Positions 8,121 to 16,371 of a stretch of DNA of 32,000 nt are shown here, in pieces; the stretch's first letter is position 1, and each line of letters begins with the position of its first letter. Origin of the DNA: Halorhodospira halophila SL1. Lineage in GTDB: Bacteria > Pseudomonadota > Gammaproteobacteria > Nitrococcales > Halorhodospiraceae. The position numbers and the translations under genes were made by a program. The stretch spans positions 2,250,001 through 2,282,000 of the forward strand of contig NC_008789.1 in the NCBI RefSeq assembly GCF_000015585.1, in the 5' to 3' direction. The notes beneath the pieces are model-generated. The model was not told the origin of the DNA and ran no database searches. It worked only from the letters and a program-made list of their open reading frames with translations.

Positions 8121-9379
8121 CAGCGTTTCATGGCCTCGAAGAACTCGGTGTTGGTCTTGGTGTCCTTGAGCTTGTCGAGGAGGAACTCGATGGCGGCCAC
8201 CTCGTCCATGTTGTGCAGGAGCTTGCGCAGGATCCAGGTCTTCTGCAGCTCCTCGGGGGTCATCAGGAGTTCCTCGCGCCGGGTCCCAGAGCGGTTCAGG
8301 TGGATGGCCGGGTAGATGCGCTTCTCGGCGATCTTCCGGTCCATGTGCAGCTCCATGTTGCCGGTGCCCTTGAACTCCTCGTAGATCACCTCGTCCATGC
8401 GCGAGCCGGTCTCGACCAGGGCGGTGGCCAGGATGGTGAGGCTGCCGCCCTCTTCGACGTTGCGCGCGGCACCGAAGAAGCGCTTGGGCCGGTGCAGGGC
8501 GTTGGCATCCACGCCCCCGGTGAGCACCTTACCGGACGACGGCACCACCGTATTATAGGCGCGCGCCAGGCGGGTGACGGAGTCGAGCAGGATGACCACG
8601 TCCTTCTTGTGCTCGACCAGGCGCTTGGCCTTCTCGATGACCATCTCGGCGACCTGGACGTGGCGCGAGGCCGGCTCGTCGAAGGTCGAGGAGACCGTCT
8701 CGGCGCTGAGCACCGAGCGGGCGAACTCAGTGACCTCCTCGGGCCGCTCGTCGATGAGCAGGACGATGAGGTAGCACTCCGGGTAGTTGTAGGTGATGCT
8801 CTGGGCGACGTTCTGGAGCATCATCGTCTTGCCGGCCTTCGGGGGCGAGACGATCAGCCCGCGCTGGCCCTTGCCGATAGGCGCCACCAGGTCAATGACC
8901 CGGGCGGTGAGGTCCTCGGTGGAGCCGTTGCCCCGCTCCATGCGCATGCGATCGCGGGTGAACAGCGGAGTGAGGTTCTCGAAGAGGACCTTGTTCTTGG
9001 CCGCCTCCGGCGGCTCGAAGTTGATCTGGTCGACCTTGAGCAGGGCGAAGTAGCGCTCGCCGTCCTTCGGGGGGCGGATCTTGCCGGTGATGGTGTCGCC
9101 GGTGCGCAGTGCGAACCGGCGGATCTGGCTGGGCGAGACGTAGATATCGTCCGGCCCGGCCATGTACGAGGCATCCGCGGAGCGCAGGAAGCCGAAGCCG
9201 TCCTGGAGGATCTCGAGGACGCCGTCGCCGTAGATGGAATCGCCGTTCTTGGCATGAGCCTTGAGGATGGCGAAGATGATGTCCTGCTTCCGGGAGCGGG
9301 CAGTGCCCTCGATGCCCATGGACTGGGCGATCTCCAGGAGTTCGGTGGCTGGCTTTCTCTTGAGCTCGGTGAGATTCAT
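8120..9379 (-). CDS. rho: Transcription termination factor Rho
   Basis: The track ORF starts at GTG 9406, but homology to E. coli Rho begins at MNLTELK (ATG at 9379). That start gives 419 aa, the E. coli length. Near-identical blocks: [24 protein letters not shown] (Walker A), [32 protein letters not shown]. Confidence 0.97.
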   Translation of the reverse strand: MNLTELKRKPATELLEIAQSMGIEGTARSRKQDIIFAILKAHAKNGDSIYGDGVLEILQDGFGFLRSADASYMAGPDDIYVSPSQIRRFALRTGDTITGKIRPPKDGERYFALLKVDQINFEPPEAAKNKVLFENLTPLFTRDRMRMERGNGSTEDLTARVIDLVAPIGKGQRGLIVSPPKAGKTMMLQNVAQSITYNYPECYLIVLLIDERPEEVTEFARSVLSAETVSSTFDEPASRHVQVAEMVIEKAKRLVEHKKDVVILLDSVTRLARAYNTVVPSSGKVLTGGVDANALHRPKRFFGAARNVEEGGSLTILATALVETGSRMDEVIYEEFKGTGNMELHMDRKIAEKRIYPAIHLNRSGTRREELLMTPEELQKTWILRKLLHNMDEVAAIEFLLDKLKDTKTNTEFFEAMKR

Positions 9380-9485
9380 GGTTCGCTTCGGCGTGGGGAG
9401 GGTCACGGGGGCGCCGGCCCGCCGGCCGTCCGCAGGGGCGCGATGGCGCGGGACTCAAGCCGGGGGCGGCGCTGCGGCAGTTGTT

Positions 9486-9812
9486 CTACAGGTTGCTGTC
9501 GATGAACGCGGTCAGCTGGGACTTGGACAGGGCGCCGACCTTGGTGGCCTCGACGTTGCCGCCCTTGAACAGCATCAGCGTGGGGATCCCGCGGATGCCG
9601 TACTTCGGCGGGGTCTCGGGGTTCTCGTCGATATTCAGCTTGACGACCTTGAGGCGGTCGCCGTAATCGGCGGCGATCTCTTCGAGGATGGGGCCGATCA
9701 TCTTGCAGGGCCCACACCACTCGGCCCAGTAGTCCACCAGCACGGGCACGCTGGCTTGAAGCACTTCCTGCTCGAAATTCTGGTCGGTGGCGTGCACGAT
9801 TGCGTCGCTCAC
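9486..9812 (-). CDS. trxA: Thioredoxin 1
   Basis: The track ORF 9486..10136 is over-extended. GTG at 9812 is preceded by GGAGG and gives 108 aa: [17 protein letters not shown]...[13 protein letters not shown]...[14 protein letters not shown]. The WCGPC active site is present. trxA-rho synteny is classic. Confidence 0.95.
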   Translation of the reverse strand: MSDAIVHATDQNFEQEVLQASVPVLVDYWAEWCGPCKMIGPILEEIAADYGDRLKVVKLNIDENPETPPKYGIRGIPTLMLFKGGNVEATKVGALSKSQLTAFIDSNL

Positions 9813-10014
9813 GGTAGAAGACCTCCAGGTTCGATTGCGTCGATATGGGCGGAGCCGCTGCACGGGGCTCGGATAATTGGAAACTGCTCGTTGATTGGAA
9901 CCGAGGATCCCGACAAGGGGGCCGAGTGCGGGATTGGGCGCTGCGCTGCCCCAGGAGCCGGCGCGCGACGCGCTGATGTAGTAGAACGGAAAATAGCGGC
10001 CCTGGGCCGGCGTG

Positions 10015-10398
10015 TCAACTGCGCTGGCACGCGCCGAGGGCCTCGCAGCAGCGCAGGCCGCGCTGCGCCACCTCCTTGAGATCGCGCAGGGCGTCGTGGG
10101 CAGCGAGGATCCGCTCCTGGGTCTGCTCGCCGGCACCCTCGTCGGCGATGGCCGCCGCCCGCGCCGAATCCGCCGCCTGCTCGAGTTCGATCACCCGGGC
10201 GCGGAAGCAGCACAGGCGCTGGCACTCGACGCAGTTGAGGGTGGCCTCGCTCTTGCGCAGCAGCTCCTCGAACACCGCCCGCAGTACCGGCGACGCACCG
10301 GGATCGCTGCACACCGCCGCCACGGCCTCGGCGATGCAGTGGCTGATGCGGGTCAGCTGCGCTTCAACCTCTTCGAGGGGGGCCATGGACTCGGCCAC
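10015..10398 (-). CDS. Cysteine-rich (9 Cys in 127 aa) all-helical small protein; possibly a DUF326/Csp-like four-helix-bundle metal-binding protein
   Basis: GTG start with GGAGGT 7 nt upstream and high GC3. Cys clusters: [30 protein letters not shown]. No signal peptide. The family assignment is from memory of Cys-rich helical-bundle proteins and is unverified. Confidence 0.6.
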   Translation of the reverse strand: MAESMAPLEEVEAQLTRISHCIAEAVAAVCSDPGASPVLRAVFEELLRKSEATLNCVECQRLCCFRARVIELEQAADSARAAAIADEGAGEQTQERILAAHDALRDLKEVAQRGLRCCEALGACQRS

Positions 10399-10482
10399 TG
10401 GGGTTACCTCCGCTGCGGAACAACCTGCTCTCCCCTAATGATGCGGGTGAGACTCCACAATCACAAGTGCCCGACTGGCGGC

Positions 10483-11307
10483 CTAGCGCCGCGCCTCCCA
10501 GGGGAGCCCGTCGGTGACCCGCGCCCAGTCGTAGGCCGGGTCGCCCACGGCGATGAAGTCCGGGTTGAGCAGCGAGGCACCGGTGTTGTAGCGCAGCGGC
10601 TCGCCGCCGACGTCCATCAGGCAACCGCCGGCGACCTCCAGCACGCACTGCGCGGCCCCGGTATCCCACTCGCAGGTGGGCCCGAAGCGCGGGTAGAGAT
10701 CGGCCTCGCCCTCGGCGATGCGGCAGATCTTCAGCGAACTGCCCACCGAAAGCTCGCGGTAGTCCCCGAGGCGGGCGAGGATATCGGCCACCGCTGCCTC
10801 GCGGTGGGAGCGACTGACGACGGCGGTCAGCGGCGACGCGGCGGCGCGCGTGCGGATGCTGTGGCGCTGGCCGCCGGCCTCGCGCCAGGCGTCTACGCCG
10901 GCCGTCGCCGCCCAGGTCACCCCCAGGTCCGGGGCGTGGACCACACCGAGCACCGGCCGACCATCGACCACCAGGGCGATGTTGACGGTGAACTCGCCGT
11001 TGCGCTTGATGAACTCCCGGGTTCCGTCCAGCGGGTCGATCAGCCAGTACTGCCGCCACGCCTGCCGTTCGGCAGGATCGATGTCCTCGCCCTCCTCGGA
11101 GAGCTGGGGCAGATCGGGGGTCAGCGCGGTAAGCCCGGCCTTGATGGCGTCGTGGGCGGCCTGGTCGGCCCGGGTCAGCGGGCTGTCGTCCGCCTTGGCC
11201 TCCACCTCGAAATCGGCGGTACGGTAGACGGCCATGATGCGTTCGCCGGCCTGCTCGGCGATCTCCCGCACCGGCTCCAGCCAGTGCTGCCACGGTTGCT
11301 CTGCCAT
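10483..11307 (-). CDS. cysQ: 3'(2'),5'-bisphosphate nucleotidase (PAP phosphatase)
   Basis: 274 aa. Blocks KADDSPLTRADQAAH, LSEEGE, YWLIDPLDGTREFIKRNGEFTVNIALV, SRSH, GSSLKICRIAEGEADLYPRFGPTCEWDTGA align closely with E. coli CysQ. Confidence 0.9.
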   Translation of the reverse strand: MAEQPWQHWLEPVREIAEQAGERIMAVYRTADFEVEAKADDSPLTRADQAAHDAIKAGLTALTPDLPQLSEEGEDIDPAERQAWRQYWLIDPLDGTREFIKRNGEFTVNIALVVDGRPVLGVVHAPDLGVTWAATAGVDAWREAGGQRHSIRTRAAASPLTAVVSRSHREAAVADILARLGDYRELSVGSSLKICRIAEGEADLYPRFGPTCEWDTGAAQCVLEVAGGCLMDVGGEPLRYNTGASLLNPDFIAVGDPAYDWARVTDGLPWEARR

Positions 11308-11335
11308 GATCCCTTCCGTGTTGTTCCGGCGCGGG

Positions 11336-11890
11336 TTACGCCGCGCGCCCTGCCAGATGATCCCGCGCCAGATAAAGCGCGGTGATCGAGCGTGCCTCGG
11401 TCAGATCGGACTGGCCGAGGAGGCGTTCCAGTTCCCCCAGAGGCCAGGGCACCACCTCGATGGGCTCCGGCTCGTCGCCGGGCAGGCGGTGCTCGAAGAG
11501 ACCCTCGGCGAGGATGAGCTGGGTGCGGTGGCTGAAGTAGGCCGGCGCCAGGGTGACACTGCGCAGCACGGTGAGCGCCTCGGCGCCGTAGCCGACCTCC
11601 TCCATGAGCTCGCGGTTGGCGGCGCGCAGCGGATCCTCGCCGGGTTCCACGCGCCCCTTGGGCAGCCCCAGTTCGTAGCACTCGGTGCCGGCGGCGTACT
11701 CGCGGATGAGCAGCACCTCGCCGCGGGCCGTAACCGGGACGACCAGCACCGCCCCAGCTGCGCTCCCGCCCAGGCGCTCGTACTCCACCTCGACGCCGTT
11801 GCCAAAGCGCAGCCCCACCGCCTCGATGCGGAACAGCCGCGAGCGGGCGACGGTGCTGCGGTGGAGCGTCTCCGGGTAGCGATCGCTCAT
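11336..11890 (-). CDS. nudE: ADP compounds hydrolase (Nudix)
   Basis: Start moved to ATG 11890 (MSDRYPETL...), where similarity to E. coli NudE begins. Matching blocks: VARSRLFRIEAVGLRFGNGVEVEYERL, LIREYAAGTECYELGLPKG, the Nudix box GRVEPGEDPLRAANRELMEEVGY, and GDEPEP. nudE-cysQ adjacency. Confidence 0.88.
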   Translation of the reverse strand: MSDRYPETLHRSTVARSRLFRIEAVGLRFGNGVEVEYERLGGSAAGAVLVVPVTARGEVLLIREYAAGTECYELGLPKGRVEPGEDPLRAANRELMEEVGYGAEALTVLRSVTLAPAYFSHRTQLILAEGLFEHRLPGDEPEPIEVVPWPLGELERLLGQSDLTEARSITALYLARDHLAGRAA

Positions 11891-11955
11891 CGGGCCTGCC
11901 TTTCTCAGCGTCCGGACATTGTACATATGCCGCCCCGACGGCGGCGAGCGCCGTT

Positions 11956-13128
11956 TCAGGGCACCAGCCGTGCGGCGTGAGCGGCGATGACCCGCTCCTC
12001 GTCGGTGGGGATGACCCAGGCGTTGACCGCGCTGCCCGGCGTCGTGATCCGCGGCCCGTCGGCCGCGTTGGCGGCGTCGTCGAGTTCCAGACCGAGCCAG
12101 CCCAACCCCTCAAGGATGCGCTGGCGCACCGGGGCAGCGTGCTCGCCGATCCCGGCGGTGAAGACCACGGCGTCGAGCCCGCCGAGCACTGCAGCCAGGC
12201 CGCCGATCTCGCGCAGCGCGCGGTGGCAGAAGAGGTCGATGGCCTCGGCGGCGGCCGGGTCGTCGCTGTCGAGGAGCACGCGCATGTCCGCGGAGACCCC
12301 GGAGACGCCCAGAAGGCCCGACTCCCGGTAGAGGAGGCGCTCGATCTCGGCCGGCGTCATGCCCTCCTGCTGCAGCAGGTACAGGATCACCCCGGGGTCG
12401 ATGTTGCCGCAGCGCTGCCCCATGGGCAGGCCGTCGAGGGCGGTGAAGCCCATGGTGGTAGCCACGCTACGCCCCTGATCCAGGGCGCAGAGGCTGGCGC
12501 CGGCACCCAGGTGGGCGACCACGGTGCACCCGTTCGCGGCGTCCGGATCGTATTCTGGCAGGCGGGCGGCGATGAACTCGTAGGAGAGCCCGTGGAAGCC
12601 GTAGCGCAGCACGCCGCGCTGCTCGTAGGCGCGCGGCAGGGCGAAGCGTTGTGCCACCGCGGGCTGCGTGCGGTGGAACGCGGTATCGAAGCAGGCCACC
12701 TGGGGCAGGTCCGGGGCCACCCGGCCCACCGCCTCGACGGCGGCCAGGTTGTGGGGCTGGTGCAGCGGCGCCAGGGGTTCAAGGCGGTGCAGGGCGTCGA
12801 GGACCGCCTCGTCAATCACCACCGGCGCGCTGTGGACCTGACCGCCGTGCACCACGCGGTGCCCCACGCCCACCAGGGTCAGATCGCCCAGATGGGCGTG
12901 GACGGCCTCGAGCACCGCCGCCAGCGCTGCATCGTGGTCGGCACCCGCACCCAGCTCACGGGTGGTCACGGCGCCGTCGAGGTCGTCCACATGCAGCCGC
13001 GCTGCCCCCCCCAAACCTTCCACCTGACCGCGCAGACGCACCTCCAGGGTGCCGTCATCCTCGCGGCGGTAGACGGCGTATTTGACGCTGGAGGAACCGG
13101 CGTTGAGGACCAGGATGGCGTCGGGCAT
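11956..13128 (-). CDS. ackA: Acetate (acetate/propionate family) kinase
   Basis: 390 aa. N-terminal ILVLNAGSSSVKYAVY, GHRVVHGG, FDTAFH, RYGFHGLSYEF, AHLGAGASLCA and VVFTAGIGE are ASKHA acetate-kinase blocks. Confidence 0.93.
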   Translation of the reverse strand: MPDAILVLNAGSSSVKYAVYRREDDGTLEVRLRGQVEGLGGAARLHVDDLDGAVTTRELGAGADHDAALAAVLEAVHAHLGDLTLVGVGHRVVHGGQVHSAPVVIDEAVLDALHRLEPLAPLHQPHNLAAVEAVGRVAPDLPQVACFDTAFHRTQPAVAQRFALPRAYEQRGVLRYGFHGLSYEFIAARLPEYDPDAANGCTVVAHLGAGASLCALDQGRSVATTMGFTALDGLPMGQRCGNIDPGVILYLLQQEGMTPAEIERLLYRESGLLGVSGVSADMRVLLDSDDPAAAEAIDLFCHRALREIGGLAAVLGGLDAVVFTAGIGEHAAPVRQRILEGLGWLGLELDDAANAADGPRITTPGSAVNAWVIPTDEERVIAAHAARLVP

Positions 13129-13144
13129 GGACTCGGTCCCGCGG

Positions 13145-14461
13145 CTAGAGGTGGGCTAGGCCGCGGCGCTTGCGCTCGGCCACCAGCAGCGCAACGGCGC
13201 AGGAGGCCAACCGGGCGATGACGTCGTCGGCCCGTGAGGTCAGCACGATGGGCACCCGGGCCCCGAGGACGATCCCCGCTGCCTCGGCGTCGGCCAGGTA
13301 GTAGAGCTGCTTGGAGATCATGTTGCCGGACTCCAGGTCCGGGGCGATGAGCACGTCCGGATTGCCGGCCACCCGCGACTGGATGCGCTTGGTGCGCGCC
13401 GCACTTTCGGAGATAGCGTTGTCGAAGGCCAGCGGGCCATCGAGCAGACCGCCGGTGATCTGCCCCCGATCGGCCATCTTGCACAGGGCCGCGGCATCGA
13501 GGGTCGAGGGGATCTCCGGGTTCACCGACTCGGTGGCCGAGAGGATCGCCACCTTGGGCTCCGGCACGCCGAGGGCGTGGGCCAGCTCGATGGCGTTCTG
13601 GCAGATGTCCCGCTTGCAGGCCAGGTTGGGGGCGATGTTGATGGCGGCATCGGAGATCAGCAGCGGCCGCGGGTAGGTGGGCACGTCCATGGCGTAGACG
13701 TGGCTGATGCGCCGCTCGGTGCGCAGCCCCTTCTGCCGGCTGACCACCGCGCCCATGAGCTCGTCGGTGTGCAGCGAGCCCTTCATCAGCCCCTCGACCT
13801 CGCCGCGGCGGGCCAGGTCCACGGCCGCCTCGGCGGCCTGGTGGGAGTGCTCGACGTCGATGATGGGCGTCGCGCCCAGCTCGACCCCGGCCTCATCGGC
13901 GGCGGCGCGGATCTTGTGCTCGGGCCCGACCAGGGTGAGGGTCATCAGCCCGTGCTCCGCCGCCTGCATGGCGCCTTGCAGGGCCAGGGCGTCCACCGGG
14001 TGGACCACGGCGACGCTCATCGGCGTCAGCTCGTCGGCCATGTGCAGCAGGCGGTGGAGCTGCCGGCGGCGCCCCTTGCTGGTCCCGGCCAGGCTGCTCG
14101 GCTCCCCGTTGATGCGCTCGGTGGGCACGCGCACGGTGATCTGCCCGCTGATCACCGGATCGCCACTGTCCTGGACCGCCCGCGCGGCGATCACCGCCTG
14201 CCCGGTCTCGGCGTCCTTCTCCACCACCTCCAGGGTAATGGTCACCACGTCGCCGATGGCCACACTGCCCTGGTAGCGCAGGTCCTGGGCCACCGGCTGG
14301 GTCCCGGGACCCGGCAGCTCGGTGCAGACGGCGTTGACCAGCATGGTCCCCGGCCACAGGCCCTCGCCGAGGGTGCGCACGTCCTGGTGGTTGAGCCGAC
14401 TGGTGGTCTCCACCTGCTGGCCCACGTGGAGCTCGTCGAAGAGGAAGTTGCGTACGGTCAT
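13145..14461 (-). CDS. Bifunctional MaoC-like (R-specific enoyl-CoA hydratase fold) / phosphate acyltransferase (PTA/PTB family)
   Basis: The track ORF is over-extended into phaC. ATG 14461 (MTVRNFLFDELHVGQ...) gives 438 aa. The N-terminal ~140 aa is hot-dog/MaoC-like. The C-terminal ~300 aa has PTA_PTB blocks (VAVVHPVD, GLMKGSLHTDELM, ISDAAINIAPN, AILSATE, GPLAFDNA, PDLESGNM). It starts 14 nt after phaC and ends 16 nt before ackA. Confidence 0.88.
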   Translation of the reverse strand: MTVRNFLFDELHVGQQVETTSRLNHQDVRTLGEGLWPGTMLVNAVCTELPGPGTQPVAQDLRYQGSVAIGDVVTITLEVVEKDAETGQAVIAARAVQDSGDPVISGQITVRVPTERINGEPSSLAGTSKGRRRQLHRLLHMADELTPMSVAVVHPVDALALQGAMQAAEHGLMTLTLVGPEHKIRAAADEAGVELGATPIIDVEHSHQAAEAAVDLARRGEVEGLMKGSLHTDELMGAVVSRQKGLRTERRISHVYAMDVPTYPRPLLISDAAINIAPNLACKRDICQNAIELAHALGVPEPKVAILSATESVNPEIPSTLDAAALCKMADRGQITGGLLDGPLAFDNAISESAARTKRIQSRVAGNPDVLIAPDLESGNMISKQLYYLADAEAAGIVLGARVPIVLTSRADDVIARLASCAVALLVAERKRRGLAHL

Positions 14462-14475
14462 CGACCTGCTCTGGC

Positions 14476-16233
14476 TCACGACTGCAGCACGTAGGTGCCG
14501 GGGGCTTCGGTCAGGGGCTGGTACGTCCCCTCGCTCTGGCCCAGGCTCGGCGGTGCCACCCGGCTCCCCGAGCGCTCGCGCAGCCACTGCTCCCACTCCG
14601 GCCACCAGGAGCCCTGCTGCTCAGTGGCCTTCTCCAGGAAGACGTGGGACGGCACGTAGGGATCCCCGTAGCGGCGCGCGAGGCTGCGGTAGATGCGGCG
14701 TGGGTGCCCCGGGGGCGTGACGATGCCGGCGTTGTGGCCGCCCTGGGTCAGCGCGAAGGTGACATCGGCCCGGGGCAGGAAGCGGTTGATCTTGTAGACC
14801 GAACGCCACGGCGCGATGTGGTCCTTCTCGGTCCCCACGGCGAAGGTCGGCACCTGGATATCGCCGATGTGGATGGGCTGGCCACCCACGTCGTAACGAT
14901 CCTCGACGAAGTCGTTGTTGAGGAACAGATCGCGCAGGTACTCGCTATGCATGCGGAAGGGCAGCCGGGTGGTATCGGCGTTCCACGCCATCAGGTCGAT
15001 CACCGGGGCCCGCTTGCCCATCAGGTAGTCGTGGATCAGCCGCGAGTAGATCAGGTCCTTGGAGCGCAGCAGCTGGAAGGCCCCAGCCATCTTGGCGCCG
15101 TCCAGGTAGCCCTTCTCCCACATCATGTCCTCGAGGAAGGTGACCTGGCTCTCGTCGATGAACAGCTCCAGCTCGCCGGGCTCGGTAAAGTCCGCCTGGG
15201 CCGCCAGCAGGCTGAGGCTGGCGAGGCGGTCATCGCCATCTCGCGCCATGGTCGCCGCGGCGAGCATCAGCAGGGTGCCCCCCAAGCAGTAGCCGACGGT
15301 GTGGACCTTGCGTTCGGGGACGATGGTGGTCACCGCCTCCAGGGCGTCCATGACGCCTTCCCGGCGGTAGGTATCCATGCCCAGATCGCGGTCCTCGCTG
15401 CCCGGGTTCTTCCAGGAGATGACGAAGACCGTATGGCCCTTGCTGACCAGGTACTCGATCAGGGATTTGCCGGGGCGCAGGTCGAGGATGTAGTACTTCA
15501 TGATCCACGCCGGGCAGATGAGGATCGGCTCGGGGTAGACGGTCTTGGTGGTGGGCTGGTACTGGATCAGCTCCATGATCCGGTTGCGGTAGACCACCTT
15601 GCCCGGCGTCACCGCCAGGTTCTCGCCCACCTTCCAATCTTCTGCGCCCACCGGTGGACGGTCACTGATGGTGCGCTCGGTGTCCTCAAGCAGATTGGCA
15701 AACCCCTGCACCAGATTGGCACCGCCCTGGCTGAGGGTCTCCTCGAGCACCTCGGGGTTGGTGGCCAGGAAGTTGGAGGGGGAGTAGAAATCGAGCACCT
15801 GGCGACCGAGGAAGTTGACCACATCCTCGTGGTGCTGAGTCACCCCGCGGTTCCCGGTGGTGGCGCTGTGCCACCACTGCTGGGTGAGCAGGAAGCCCTG
15901 CTCCAGGACGTCGTAGGGGAAGCGCTGCCACTGCTCGGCGGAGAAGCGGTCGTCGCCCGGCCAGGGCTTGGCGCACGGCTCCGGGCAGGTGCCGGTCATG
16001 CGGCTGAAGACGTAGGCATTGTAGCGCATGGCGTTGCGCATGGCCTCGTCCATGAGCGCGAACTGCTTGCCCGGGTGGGTCGCCAGGTGAACGGCCCAAT
16101 CAAAAGTCGCCAGCGACACCGCCGCCGGCGAAAGCCCTTGCGTATAACGGCCCAAGCCGGCGTTGAACAGCCGATCTGCGGTCAGCGCCTCGCGCTCACT
16201 CTCTTCGAATTCGGGCATCAGGGAATGGACCAT
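14476..16233 (-). CDS. phaC: Class I poly(3-hydroxyalkanoate) synthase (copy 1)
   Basis: 585 aa, with GAGGAA Shine-Dalgarno 5 nt upstream. Blocks: NPEVLEETL, ELIQYQPTT, PILICPAWIMKYYILDL, lipase box GYCLGGT, WNADTTRLP, HIAPW. The alpha/beta-hydrolase PhaC pattern is clear. Confidence 0.93.
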   Translation of the reverse strand: MVHSLMPEFEESEREALTADRLFNAGLGRYTQGLSPAAVSLATFDWAVHLATHPGKQFALMDEAMRNAMRYNAYVFSRMTGTCPEPCAKPWPGDDRFSAEQWQRFPYDVLEQGFLLTQQWWHSATTGNRGVTQHHEDVVNFLGRQVLDFYSPSNFLATNPEVLEETLSQGGANLVQGFANLLEDTERTISDRPPVGAEDWKVGENLAVTPGKVVYRNRIMELIQYQPTTKTVYPEPILICPAWIMKYYILDLRPGKSLIEYLVSKGHTVFVISWKNPGSEDRDLGMDTYRREGVMDALEAVTTIVPERKVHTVGYCLGGTLLMLAAATMARDGDDRLASLSLLAAQADFTEPGELELFIDESQVTFLEDMMWEKGYLDGAKMAGAFQLLRSKDLIYSRLIHDYLMGKRAPVIDLMAWNADTTRLPFRMHSEYLRDLFLNNDFVEDRYDVGGQPIHIGDIQVPTFAVGTEKDHIAPWRSVYKINRFLPRADVTFALTQGGHNAGIVTPPGHPRRIYRSLARRYGDPYVPSHVFLEKATEQQGSWWPEWEQWLRERSGSRVAPPSLGQSEGTYQPLTEAPGTYVLQS

Positions 16234-16371
16234 GGCGGTTCCTCGGCATTGCAGAATGGGCCGCGCACGGCGCTTCCAGCCACCGTGCCGCAGTGCACAA
16301 TCTCGGCCCTGGGGGCGGGTGGTGTCAAGTCGGGATTGAGGCGATACCCGCCCCCCAAGGAAAGGCGTGGA

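Noticed and set aside
4528-8315. Very long antisense ORFs in the track. Examples: 4528..6780 (+), 6555..8315 (+), 14644..17052 (+), 20496..23096 (+), 1406..2725 (-), 10012..11385 (+), 27687..29402 (+).
   Set aside because: Their translations are Arg/Gly/Pro/Ala/His-rich low-complexity strings with no motifs, and they lie opposite genes with clear homology or signal peptides and high GC3. They are typical shadow ORFs of high-GC DNA, where stop codons are rare.
9875-9937. Repeated ATTGGAA/GATTGG motifs (9876-9884, 9894-9902, 9932-9937) in the trxA upstream region.
   Set aside because: The repeats are short (6-9 nt) and imperfect, with no known matching operator consensus. They could be a binding site, but the evidence is too thin to call.
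13145-14605. N-terminal extensions of track ORFs: 13145..14605, 9486..10136, 8120..9406, 27537..29435, 23156..24442, 29336..30208, 20559..23108, 16372..17895, 17840..19201 and 11336..11926.
   Set aside because: The extensions overlap upstream genes or lack similarity to homologues. Internal starts coincide with homology onset, signal peptides, Shine-Dalgarno sequences or stop/start coupling, so shorter coordinates were reported.
16273-16290. Sigma-54-like element (minus strand cGGCACGgtggcTGGa) upstream of phaC copy 1.
   Set aside because: The -24 GGCAC is present, but the -12 element reads TGG instead of TGC/TTGC. A partial match like this is expected by chance in GC-rich DNA.
16311-16355. 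10-bp inverted repeat gggggcgggt / acccgccccc, with a 25-nt loop containing TTGACA (minus strand), between the acidic lipoprotein gene and phaC.
   Set aside because: The loop is large and there is no U tract, so it is a poor intrinsic terminator. The TTGACA has no acceptable -10 at 16-18 nt. It is not called as a feature; it may still be a weak regulatory structure.
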